Shown here piece by piece: positions 25,040 through 36,733 of a DNA stretch of 64,000 nucleotides. The notes beneath the pieces are model-generated. The model searched no databases and was not told the DNA's origin. It was given only the letters and a program-made list of their open reading frames with translations. Both the position numbers and the translations under genes were made by a program. The DNA is from Chiloscyllium plagiosum (taxonomy: Eukaryota), in contig NC_057718.1 of assembly GCF_004010195.1 (NCBI RefSeq), forward strand, positions 53,689,615 through 53,753,614, written 5' to 3'. Positions within the stretch are counted from its first letter, which is position 1; each line of letters begins with the position of its first letter.

Positions 25040-26592
25040 ACAATGTTACAAATTGAGATAAATAGGTATGATTGAGTGTCCATAACTAAGACGTGGCTGC
25101 AGGATAACCTAAAATGGAACCTGAACATTGAAGGATATGTGACATTTAGGAAGAACAGGAAGCTAGGGAAGTGTAGATGATTAACTCTGTTAATTAAAGA
25201 TGATATGACCACAATAGCGAGGGATCACCTTAATTCAGAAAACTGGGATATAGAAGTAAAAACAGAAATTGTTAGGAAGTCTGGCAGATTCTTCAGAAGG
25301 GACACTGGACCTGAAATACTAACCCTGCTTTCTCACCACATATGCTGCCAGACCTGCTAAGATTTCCCAGCAATTTCTGATTTTGTTTCTGATTTCCAGC
25401 ATCTGCAGTACTCTTTTTTTTGTTTTCGGATATAGAAGCAGTCTGGGAGGAGTTGAGAAATGACAAATGCTACTTGTGTGAATTGCGTAGGGGTCTCCTA
25501 ACAGTAACACTTCTATGTCCCTAACATAGAAGGACAGGATATCAAGGAAGAAATAATGGGAGCTTCTCAGAAGTGTACAGCAATTATCCTTGGGGATATC
25601 AATTCACATGTAGACTGGGAAAATTAGGTGGGCAGAAATGAAGTCATTGAACGTTTTCAAGACAATTTTTAAAGACTATATAGCAGGCTGTACTAAATTT
25701 GGTTTTGACCAATGAGTTAGATTAATTACTGACCTCACAGTGAAAACACCCCTGGGTAGTAGCGACCATTAAATGATTGAATTTTACATACAGTTTAAGG
25801 GAGCAAAGTGGGGTGCAAGCCTACTATTTTGCATTTTATCAAGAGCAGTTATGAGGGCATGAAAGCAAAACTATTGAAAAGTGAACTGCAATTTAGGTTA
25901 AGGGATAGATAATAGAGATGTAGTAGCAAACATTTAATGGAATATTCCAGAAAGCACAGAATAGGTACCTTCCAACAAATGAGAAAATTCTAAGGGACAG
26001 ACCATCATCCAAGAAAGTCAAAGAAGATATAAGCTCAAAGAAAATTGAGATGAATGCAAAGATAGGTGGTAGGTCAGAAGACTGGACAGAGTATAAAAAG
26101 ACAACAAAAAATTCTGAAAAGGTTAATAAAGAGAGACAAATTAGAGTACAAGAAAAAGCTAAAATCTGGAAGAAACAGAAAGGAAAAGTTCCTTCGCATG
26201 TTTAAAAATGAAAGAGCTAACAACGTTAGTGTTAGTCTCATAGAAACTGGGAAATTTCCCATAGAGTCTGGGAAATTAGTAATGGAGAATGAGGAAATAA
26301 GGAAATGGCAAATGAATTGAACAGATAATTTGCATCTATCTTCACTAGAGAGGATCCTGGAAATAGCTGTAAATCAGGAATTGAAAGGGAGGGAGAAGCT
26401 CAACTAAATTCCAGTTATGAGGGATATTGTTCTAAGTAAATTGTTAGAACTGTGAGTTGACAAGTCTCAGCTCCTGATAATTTTCATCCTATGGTCTTAA
26501 AAGAAGTGGAATAGTTGATGCATTGGGTTTAATTTTCCAAAACTCATTTGATTCAGGAAAGGATCCTTTGGATTGGAATACTTTTATTCAAA
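25040..26592 (+). mobile_element. Old CR1 ORF2 (endonuclease to start of RT), heavily decayed
   Basis: ITKTWLQD..WNLNIEGY, GDINSH.DW, LGSSDH, FHPMVLKEV motifs. Confidence 0.8.
25257..25427 (+). mobile_element. PLE pLTR insertion (family 3) with 11-bp TSD
   Basis: GGATATAGAAG at 25246-25256 and 25428-25438; short inverted arm plus degenerate hammerhead. Confidence 0.75.
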
Positions 26593-26593
26593 C

Positions 26594-28490
26594 TGTGGAG
26601 GTGCCAGTGTTGGATTGGGGTAGACAAAGTGGGAAGTCACAGGACATGAGGTTACTGTGCAATAGGTTTATTTGAAATCATACAAGCTTTCGGATCACAG
26701 CCCCTTTGTTAGATGCAGTGAGATAGGTGAACACACATACAGAGTTTATAGGCAAAGAAATCAAGGGAAGAGAGATCAAAAGATCATAGACATGGTGTGA
26801 GTGGAGTGTTGGATAATAGGTCTCTGCAGGCGATCAAGGGTGTTAGATGGTGTATAAAGTGTTTATAAAGTCAATGTCAATGCTGTGCTATAATGACATG
26901 AATATACAAAAGGTGACACTTCAGATCTGACACTGAATTGTAAGTGTGAGGCTTTGTTCACCATGGACGTGCAATCCTTATACATGCCCATACAACACAA
27001 GGATGGCCTTCAGGCCCTCAGCTTCTTCCCGTCCAACAGACCCACCCACTCCCCCTCTACCAATACCCTCCTCCAACTCGCCAAACTAGTTATTACCCTT
27101 AATAACTTTTCCTTTAATTCCTCCCATTTCCTCCAATCCCAGGGGGTGGTCATGGGCACTCAGATGGGTGGGCCTCAGCTATGCCTGCCTCTTTGCCAGC
27201 TATGTCAACCAGTCCCTCCTCAGTACCTACACAGGCACTGTGCCCCAACTCTTCTGCCGTTATATCAATGACTGCATCGGTGCAGTGTCCTGCACCCAGG
27301 CTGGACTGGAGCAGTTCATCAACTTCGCCCACAACTTCCAGCCTGCCCTCAAATTCACTTGGTCCATCTCAGACACTTCCCGCCCCTCGCTTGACCTCTC
27401 TGTTTCCATCTCCTGTGACAGTCTCCAGACAGACATTCACTATAAACCCACAGACTCTCACAACTACCTGGACTACACTTCTTCCCACTGAGTATCCTGT
27501 AAGATCTCCATCTCATTTTTCCAACTTCTCCACCTCTCCCTCTGCCACATCTGCTTGGACAAGGAGCCATTCTATTCCCAAGCATCCCAGATATCCTCCT
27601 ATTTCAAACAATGTGCTTTTTCCTCCCTTTATCATCCAGACAGCCCTCCACCGGACCACCTCCATTCCTCGTTCCACTGCTCAAAACACCCCAAATGCAA
27701 TAAAGGCAGAATCCCCTTGTCCTCATCTATCACCCCACCAATCTCCATTTCCAACACATCATCCTTAAACACTTCTGCCAACTCCAACTAGGCCCCACCA
27801 CCCAGGGCATCTTCTCCTCCCCACCCTTCTCTGCTTTCCGTGAGGACTGTTCCTTCCGACAGTCCTTAGTTTGCACCACTCTCTGCACAAAACACCCCGA
27901 ACCCCCAGGGCCCTTCCCCTGCAACCAGAAAAGATGCAAATCCTGCTAGTACACTAGGCCAGCCATCTCCATCCAGGGCCCCAAACAGTCGTTCTGGGTG
28001 AGACGCAGATTCACCTACCTCTCCTCCAACCTAGATTATTGTGTCCGGTGCTCCCACTGTGGTCTTCTCTACATCGGGGAGACCGAACATAAACTAAGGG
28101 AACGTTTCGCTGAGTATCTCAGCCAGGCCCGCATAGGCTGACTGGATCTCCCAGTCACCACTTATTTTAATTCCCCTTCCCACTCCTTTCCGATTTGACC
28201 ATCCTTGGCTTCCTCCATTGCCGCAACGAATCAAACTGCAAATTGGAGGAACAACACCTCATCTTCCACCTGGGCAGCCCTCAGCCTGCAGGACCCAACA
28301 CTGAGTTTTCCAATTTCAAATAACCTCCCTCCCCATTCCCTGCCTCCCTTCCCAGCCTCTTCCTTCCCTTCCTCTCCTCCTAGCCACCAACCAGATTCAT
28401 TTCTCCCATCGACCAACCAGTTCGTACCCTCTACCTGTCTTCGCCTATCCCCACTTCACCACTCTGCTGCTGCCACCCCCTTTATCAGAT
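26594..28490 (+). mobile_element. Penelope-like element: inverted pLTR arm (about 26594-26950) then decayed RT and GIY-YIG
   Basis: FTMDVQSLY, GVVMGTQMG, RYINDC (YIDD-like), YKPTDSHNYLDYTSSH, CGLLYIGET motifs. Confidence 0.9.
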
Positions 28491-29949
28491 GCCCGCCAAT
28501 GAATTCAAAAAAATCATCTCCTCCACCATCATGTCACACAGTTCGGTCCTGGCCTTTGGGATTGGTTGCCAATCAAACATCAGGAGGTAGCTCAATCATT
28601 ATCTGTAAACCCTAGCTACTGGGTACCTTGCCTCCATGCCATCTCTGTTCCAGGTCCCTCTCCAGCCTTTTGCCATTCTCATAACCCCAGACATCCCCTT
28701 CCCAGTAGATGGGAGGTCACTGCTGTCCATTTCTGTTTACATGCTCCTCTTCCCTTTCAGATTCTTCTACTTGCTGAAGAATTTCATCTGGAATATGCAA
28801 TTCCCATGGCACTTGGACAATGCTCCTTTCAGAGAGTCAGCCATCTCTGGTTGCAGAAATACCACCCAGCGAGGCCTTCCATATGCCTTTTGCCAATAAG
28901 CTCTATTTCAAGGGTCTTAAATGATCACTGGGGCCTCAAGTCAAGACAAGCAGTTGTCTTCCCCTCCTGACTAAATCAAATACTCGCAGTGAATATGCTC
29001 AAAGTCCCCAACAGCTGCCTCCTCGTTTTTCACCTTTTAAATTTTGCTGAAGCTCTAATTTACTAGTGTGGCCAAAGTGTTGATTTTAAAATTCTGAGAT
29101 GCATGTAACACCACTGAGAGTTGCCTCCACAATGATGTTAATTGCTCTTACTTGTTTGCAAATTGTGCGACAAGTCATCAGTTAGCTCACCATCTGCCCC
29201 AGAGAAGTATGAGCTCCAGTTAAATGATGCTGGAAGCCTCATCCGCACCAGCTCAACAGGTAGAGTTGGATTGTCACTGGACAAACTCCATGTAATCCTC
29301 AGCACTGAGGAGGCCAAATCAATATTGTTCTGGACCTGTTTAGTAATATTGATTTCGATGTAGCCCATGCATATCTGTTCTATCACGAGTGTCTAGCTGC
29401 TTCAATTATAAGTATTCAGTTTCTTGGCTCAGTGATTGCACTCAGACAATGCTTTATTTATCAAGGGGCATAGACAATTCAGAAAAGTTTTTGAAAGATT
29501 ACATTTCATTCTGCTTATCACCATTGCTAACTTTAGTGTTTCATAAAGCTTACAGTTGCTCTGATTGTTAGGATGTTTTCTTCTCCAGACATTAATCAAA
29601 AGCTGTCTGAATGAGACAGTTCATTCCATGCTAAAGTAAACCCTTTACAACGTGAGTGAGAGAAAAACTGATTGACCATTTCCTACAGAGTGGTGGGACA
29701 GAAAATCTATTGGGTTTGATACTGGTAAGGAGTCTGCCCTAATTTGGCATTATAGCCCCTCCATAACTCCCTCCAACCTGAAGAACGCAAGCTTCCAACC
29801 TTCTTGCATCATTACACCTGTTTGATTTCAGACAGCCAGGCAGAACTGGACTCTAATTATTACATACTTTGTTCGCAGAAATATATATGTGCAACTACCT
29901 CTACACCCAATAATCCAGTGTGTTCATCAGCTCCTATATGTAGGAATAC

Positions 29950-30415
29950 AAATGATGTCTTCAAGATTTTAATAGGAAAACATATTCCCACTGTTTCCAC
30001 TGGTTGAGGATTGCAGTGCTAGGAGCCGTTATCTGAATACTCGGGCCAGACCATTCAGGAGAGAAGCTAGGAAGCACTTCTACACACAAAGAGTAGTAGA
30101 GATTTGGTATGCACTTCCACAAATGGTAGTTGATGCTAAATCAATAATTCAGTTTAAATCTGAGATAGATACACTTTTTTGTTAAGCATGGATATTAAGG
30201 GGTACGAGCCTAAGGCAGGTATAGGCCACAGATCAACCATGACCTCATTGAATGGTGGAACAGGCTAAGTGTCTGAATGTGGATTAGTGGTGCTGGAAGA
30301 GCACAGCAGTTCAGGCAGCATCCAAGGAGCAGCGAAATCGACGTTTCGGGCAAAAGCCCTTCATTTACCTAAGTGTCTGAATGACCTACTCCTGTTCCTA
30401 CTTTCCTATGTTCAT
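29950..30415 (+). mobile_element. CR1 3' fragment
   Basis: FRREARKHFYTQRVVEIWYALP and CR1 3' UTR. Confidence 0.8.
30280..30368 (-). mobile_element. Minimal PLE pLTR insertion (family 1 variant) with 15-bp TSD
   Basis: CTAAGTGTCTGAATG at 30265-30279 and 30369-30383; minus strand ATGAAGGGCTTTTGCCCGAAACGTCG, truncated inside the hammerhead core. Confidence 0.88.
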
Positions 30416-32872
30416 ATTTGAATTTTTTTTATTCATGGTATATGGGCATCTCTGATTAGCATTTATTGCTTATTCTTAATTATAATCAACTCATAGACAC
30501 TTCCTAATGCCTGCACAATATTCATTTCTAAACAGGAGAGATTCTGTATCTTTAAAAGCAATAACAAATCTCCTGGTGCATGCTCCACAGTTCTTCAGAG
30601 TTCATGATTTCAGGAACACCATGAATTTTATCCATGTTTAATTCAACCTTCCCATTACCTGGATTACAGCATTATCTTATGTTCAACTGCCAAGTAAAAA
30701 TCATCTCCTTACCCAGAGTTGTTGGACAACATATCAGTCTAGGAAAACGTATTCACTCATAGAAATTATAAGGATCAAGCACCAATATTTTAAATATTAT
30801 ATCTGCTACGTCCAGTAGGACACGACTGTTATTCCAAAGCCAAGCATATGAAACTGAGCAGCGTGGCATTGGAGCAAATGCTGATCATTCCAGAATGTTG
30901 AGGGACAATCAGGAAGAAAATTATGAAGCATTGATAAGTATTGTAGCAGAATCAATGGACATGAGGGAAGCAACAATATTCCAAATAGATGACAAAATAG
31001 ACAATGAAACAAGGCAATGAAATCAGAAGATTCTGAAATCAGTTTCCCCAAACTGAGGAGGGGTGTGTGGTTTTATTCTCTGAAAGAACAATGACAGACC
31101 TTTGGGTAATGGTGAGGAGTAGCAGGCAGTGCTGCAGACAGGCTTAGAGGTCCTTGCTGTGTGCTGGATTGTCCCCTCCAACAAACCTCACATTTATGAC
31201 CTGGGTGCCATTTCTATCTTTTACTAACCCTCCATTTGTGAGAATGCACACCTGGGCCTTAGCTGGACAGAGAACCTGTTGCCTTGTCAATGAAAAGAAT
31301 GTGTCTGTCAAAATCTCAAAACATGTCTTTTTTTCTGGGAGTGGGTCCATGGCCCAGAAACAGTCTCGACTTCATTTCCAACTCCAAAGGAAAACTTGAG
31401 CTTTGTACTTGGAGTTAACTCCAGGTACATTGGAGAATGAAAAAGCTCAAAGATCATGAAAGTAACAAATGGACATATTCTGGTGAATGATAAATGCACA
31501 AATCTCCTTTGTTAAGCATAATTAATTTGTGAAAAGATGTCAAAAATGAGGTCAAAACTAATTAATAGATTAAATGTCGAAATAATGTTGGACATGGGAA
31601 AAATCTAGCTAGTCTGAGAACACTATGCATGTGGTCAATGTTACCAAACCTACTCTGAATCAGTCCCTTCATGCTCCACCTTTAATAAAAAAAACACCAA
31701 CAATACAGGAACTTTTCAGCTTTCATGTATGAGATCATTAAATATATGAATAAAATTGAAACATTGAGCCACACAATAGCTAACGAGTTTAATCAATTTC
31801 ATTGTGCTTTTAAACTAAATTTCATTACGCCAGGATTCATTTTACCACTCACCTTTGCTACAGGCATTTAATTAAAAATTAAACAACTTTTTAAAAAATC
31901 CATATCTCATTGTAACTATTTATACTTGTGCAGTTGGAGAGGCGTTCTGGAAGCCTGCCACATCAAGTCTCCAAACTGTAAGACACTCCGATCAATGATA
32001 TATGAGCCAGTTCATTTCTGATTGCCTGCCACTGAACCAAGTAAAAGTTTGTGTTCTTTTTATCGTGGCTGCTGATGCATAAACATGTGTCAAAATTGAT
32101 ATTACCGAATGTAAGTACCTCATTTTATGGATGCAATATCGCAAACAATCTTTCAGAAACTCTATGACAGGAGCAGGTTTGAACTCCAAGTATTTATCCC
32201 AATTTCAGTGACATTTTCTTTATTTTATTTTTGTTATTGATTCTATCTGAATTTTTTCTTCTGTTCTAACACCAAACATTGATGAACTCGCAAATTTACA
32301 AACGTATGAATCAGAAACAGAAATATCCCTTTCAGCCTCTCAAACCTGATAAGCCATTTGTTCAAATCATGGTGTACCATATCGTAACCTCACGTCCACA
32401 TTTTTGCTTACCTTGATAACCTCTCAGCACTTTGTTTAACAAAAATCTATCTACCTCTGCATTGAAAATACTTAAGAACTGTTCTTCTTCCTTCCTTCAG
32501 GAAGGGAGTTCCAAAGATTAAAAAAAAGTCACAGAGCAAAAAATGTTACCTCATCTATGTTGTCATTGTGTAATCCCTGATTTTTAAACAGTGACACCTC
32601 ATTCTAGGTTCTCCTTTTCACATCTACCCTGTCAAGATCCCTTAGGACTTTATATGTTTCTTCAAGTCATCTTTTACTCTTCTAAATGCTAGCTGATACA
32701 AGCTCAACTTGTCTAACCCTTCCTTATAAGGTAACCGACTTAGGAATTAGTCTTGTAATTCTTTTTTGAATGTTTTCTACTGCACTTACATCCTTCCTCA
32801 AATAAGATGACAAATGTTGTGCTCAGTACTCGAGACGTGATCTTACCAGTTCTCTGTACAACGATAACATAG

Positions 32873-34761
32873 GAGAAAGTGAGGACAGCAGATGCTGGAG
32901 ATCACGGGCAAAAAATGTGGTGTTAGAAAAGCGCAGCAGGTCAGGCAGCATCCAAGGAGCGGGAGAGTTGATGTGGTTAGATGGGAAGGAAGATGGACAG
33001 GTAGGACAGTTCAAGAGGGCAGTGCCAAGTTGGAGGGTTGAATCTGGGGTAAGGTGGGGAGAGGGGAGATGAGGAAACTGGTGAAATCAACATTGATCCT
33101 ATGTGGTTGGAGGGTCCCAGGCAGAAGATGAGGTGTTCCTCCTCCAGGCATCGAGCGGCTTGGATTCAGCAGGGGAGAAGGCCCAGGACTTACATGTTCT
33201 TGGCAGAGTGGTAGGGGGAGTTGAAGTGGTCAGTCACAGGGCGGTGGAGTTGTTGGGTGCGTGTGTCCTGGAGATGTTCCCTGAACCTTTCTGCAAGTTG
33301 GCATCCTGTCTCCCCAATCAAAAGATGTGCAGGTTAGGTGAAATAGCCATGCTAAATTGCCTATAGTGTTCAGGGATGCGTAGGTTAGGTCCACTAAGTC
33401 AGGGGTAAATGTAGAGTAATAGGATAAGGGAATAGGTCTAGGTAGGTTACTCTCAGAGGGTCACTATGGATGTGTTGCGCCAAATGACCTGTTCCACATT
33501 GTGGGGATTCTATGATGTGGAGGAGACCACACCGGGAACAATGGACACAGTAGATCAGGTGTTTGGATGTGCAGGAAACTCTCTGCTAGATGTGGAAGGA
33601 TCCTTTGGGGCCTTGGATGGAGGTGAGGGAGGAGGTGTGGGCACAGGTTTTATACATCTTGTGGTGGCAAGGGAAGGTACCGGGAATGGAGGGTGGGTTA
33701 TTCGACTCCAGAACATCCCAGATGGCATCTTACTTCAAGGACCATAATTGCCCCTTCCACATGTTCAACAATGTCCTCCAGCACATCTCCTCCATTTCCT
33801 GCACCTCTGCCCTTAAACCTCACCCCTCCAACCGCAACAAGGATAGGACATCCCTGGTCCTCACCTTCTACCCAACCAATCTCCGGATACATTGCATCCT
33901 TTGCCATTTCCACCACTTACAATCAGACCCTACCGCCAGAGATATATTTCCCTCCCCAGCACTATCAGTATTCTGGAGAGATCTTAAATTTGCAACTCTG
34001 TGATTAGGTCCAGCCCCTCTCCAACCTATATTCCACTCCTGGCACCTTCCCTTGCCACCACAAGAGGTGTAAAATCTGTGCCCACACCTCGCCCCTCAGC
34101 TCCATCCAAGACCCCAAAGGAATTCCTCCACATCCAGCAGAGATTTTCCTGCACATCCAAATATCTCATGTACACTGTCCATCACTCTTGTTGTGATCTC
34201 CTGTACATTGGGGAGACAGGATGCCAACTTGCGGAATGGTTCAGGGAACATCTCTGGGACACATGCACCAGACAACCCCACCAGCCTGTGGCTGACCACT
34301 TCAACTCCCCCTCCCTCTCTAAGTCCTGGGCCTCCTCCACTGCCAAATCCAAGCTACCAGATGCCTGGAAGAAGAATACTTCATTTTTGCCTTGGGACAC
34401 GCCATCCACATGGGATCAATATCGATTTCAGCAGTTTCCTCATCGCTCCTCCCTCCAACTTATCCCAGATCCAACTCTCTAACTTAGCACTGCCCTCTTG
34501 AACTGTCCTACCTGTCCATCTTCCTTCCCATCTATCTGCTCCACCCTCCACTCTGACTTATCACTATCACCCCCCCCACCTTCATCTACCTGTTGCCTTC
34601 CAAGTCACCTTCCCCCAGCCCCACCCCCTTCCTATTTATGTCTCAGCCCCTATGCCCCATCGCCCAACATTCCTGATGAAGAGCTTATGCCAGAGACGTA
34701 AACTCTTCTGCTCCTCGGATGCTGCCTGACCTGCTGTGCTTTTCCAGTGCTATACCTTTTG
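32873..34761 (+). mobile_element. Penelope-like element (family 1): inverted arm (about 32873-33700) plus direct GIY-YIG and pLTR
   Basis: CCDLLYIGETGCQLAEWFREHL; left arm is the reverse complement of the right; TSD ACAAC(G/T)ATAACATAG at 32858-32872 and 34762-34776. Confidence 0.9.
33312..33512 (+). mobile_element. HE1-type SINE fragment nested in the PLE arm
   Basis: AAAGATGTGCAGGTTAGGTGAA..GCCATGCTAAATTGCC..CCTGTTCCACATTGTGGGGATTCTATGA. Confidence 0.75.
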
Positions 34762-35449
34762 ACAACTATAACATAGCCTTTCTATTTTTGTGCTAATTTC
34801 TCTTGCAGTAAATAAAAACATTCTGTTAGCTTTCCTACTTATTTGTTCTGCCTGCATACTAACATTTTGAAACCCAGATCTTTCTGCATCTTCGAGCTAC
34901 AAAATCGTTCACCATTTTGATAATATGCTTCTTTTAAAATTGTTTTAATTGTTGCCAAAATGTACAATTTCATATTTTCCAACATGATACTCTATTTGCC
35001 ACATTTTTGCCCATGTGTTAATCTATCTATATCTTATATCCTCTTCACAACTTACTTTACTAACACTCTTTGTGACATGAGCAAAGTTGGCAACCCCACC
35101 TTCATTCAAGTCATTTCCATATATTGTAAACAGTTGCAATCCCACCATCAACCATGTGGTACACGACTTACCAATCTGAAAAAGACACTTTTATGCCTGA
35201 TCTCAGCTTCCTGTTAACTTCTCAAACTTTTGCTGTACAAATATGCTACCACCTACACCTATTACTACCCACATTAATCTTTGATAAGACACTTTATCAA
35301 CTTTTTATGAAAATCTAATTACAGTACATCCAGCAGTTTCCCCTTAACCACAGCTTCTATTTCTCCTCAAACAATTCCAGTAGATAAGGCAAACATGATT
35401 TCCCTTTCACAAAACCATGTTGACTCTGCTTGGTTACAATTAAACATAG

Positions 35450-35670
35450 AGGAGAAAGTGAGGTCTGCAGATGCTGGAGATCAGAGCTGAAAATGTGTTG
35501 CTGGAAAAGCGCAGCAGGTCAGGCAGCATCCAGGGAACAGGAGAATCGCCGTTTCGGGCATAAGCCCTTCTTCTGCATTCCTGAAGAAGGGCTTATGCCC
35601 GAAACGTCGATTCTCCTGTTCCCTGGATGCTGCCTGACCTGCTGCGCTTTTCCAGCAACACATTTTCAGC
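35450..35670. mobile_element. Fold-back PLE pLTR palindrome (family 1) with perfect 15-bp TSD
   Basis: About 89-bp inverted arms with one mismatch; TACAATTAAACATAG at 35435-35449 and 35671-35685; 35-nt unpaired tail at 35450-35484. Confidence 0.95.
35577..35612 (+). ncRNA. Minimal type I hammerhead ribozyme motif, intact core
   Basis: attc-CTGAAGA-AGGGC-TTAT-GCCC-GAAA-C-GTC-gatt; loopless stem III with ACGT palindrome; stem I is weak. Confidence 0.7.
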
Positions 35671-35817
35671 TACAATTAAACATAGCTAAATCTCCTGCTT
35701 TAACTTCTTTAATAATAGTTGCTAACATTTACTTATATGACAGATGGATATGAAACAACTTGAATAATCACACTGTTCTTTCCTTCTCTATCTTCAGCTC
35801 CCTCATGTCTTTTTTTG

Positions 35818-36092
35818 TTGAATTGAATTGCATTGAATTGAAATTATTGCCACGTGTACCGAGGCACAGTGAAAAGCTTTGTCCTCTGAGCAATATAGGC
35901 AGATCACATAGCTAAGTAGCATAAATAGCAAATAATAGGTAAACAGTGGCAAAAACAAAAACACAGGTACAGGCGAACGTTAAGAGTTTGTGAGTCCATT
36001 CAGTATTCTAACAACAGTAGGGTAGAAACTGTTACAAAACCAGCTGGTGCGTGTGCTCAGGCTTCTGTACCTTCTCCCCAATGGTAGAGGCT
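35818..36092 (-). mobile_element. Rex1/Babar LINE 3' fragment
   Basis: Minus strand PLPLGRRYRSLSTRTSWFCNSFYPTVVRILNG; (CAATT)n tail. Confidence 0.8.
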
Positions 36093-36521
36093 GTTCAAGC
36101 TCAGTCATAACTTTCTATGATGAGTCACTGGTCTTTTCTAACAATCTCAAAAGCTGTGCCACATTTAAGTAATTTTTGCCTTAGATTTTTGCAAGAAATT
36201 TCACCTTTCATTCCTTTACCAATTCTGTGGGCTTCACCTTCCTCAAATCATGTAACAAAGTCAGGGATATCTCTCCCATCTGAAATACTGCTGTTAATGC
36301 TTCTGTTACCAACGTATTTTACTGTATGAGAAACCTAGTGCCTGTCATTTTATCTTTTACCAATTAATTTTTCTCTACACTAGTCTCAAACTGCATTCAA
36401 ATATCATGTGTCTTGTTTGTTTTGTCCATCCTATTTTTGAATGACTGTGTTTTTGTTGAGGGAACATTGTTTAAGTTGCACATTAGTAATTAAAAAATTA
36501 ACAATATATACATTTTATTTT

Positions 36522-36733
36522 CGAGGAGAAAGTGAGGTCTGCAGATGCTGGAGATCAGAGCTGAAAATGTGTTGCTGGAACAGCGCAGCAGGTCAGGCAG
36601 CATCCAGGGAACAGGAGAATCGACGTTTCGGGCATAAGCCTTCCTGAGGAAGGGCTTATGCCCGAAACGTCGATTCTCCTGTTCCCTGGATGCTGCCTGA
36701 CCTGCTGCGCTGTTCCAGCAACACATTTTCAGC
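36522..36733. mobile_element. Fold-back PLE pLTR palindrome (family 1) with perfect 13-bp TSD
   Basis: Perfect inverted arms; TACATTTTATTTT at 36509-36521 and 36734-36746. Confidence 0.95.
36641..36675 (+). ncRNA. Minimal type I hammerhead ribozyme motif, intact core
   Basis: ttc-CTGAGGA-AGGGC-TTAT-GCCC-GAAA-C-GTC-gatt. Confidence 0.65.

Larger units (their letters stand above)
32298..35735 (-). mobile_element. Old CR1 (RT to 3' end) hosting two PLE insertions
   Basis: LSLYRELVRSRLEY at about 32823-32870, continuing after 34776; SQHGFVKG reverse at about 35400-35425. Confidence 0.75.

Noticed and set aside
35430..36726. Repeated small ORFs MCCWKSAAGQAAS... on both strands, suggesting a peptide family
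   Set aside because: Automatic consequence of the pLTR palindromes; no coding evidence
35450..36733. Palindromes as MITEs or CRISPR-like repeats
   Set aside because: Arms are asymmetric, TSD lengths vary and the sequence matches the PLE pLTR; there is no repeat-spacer array
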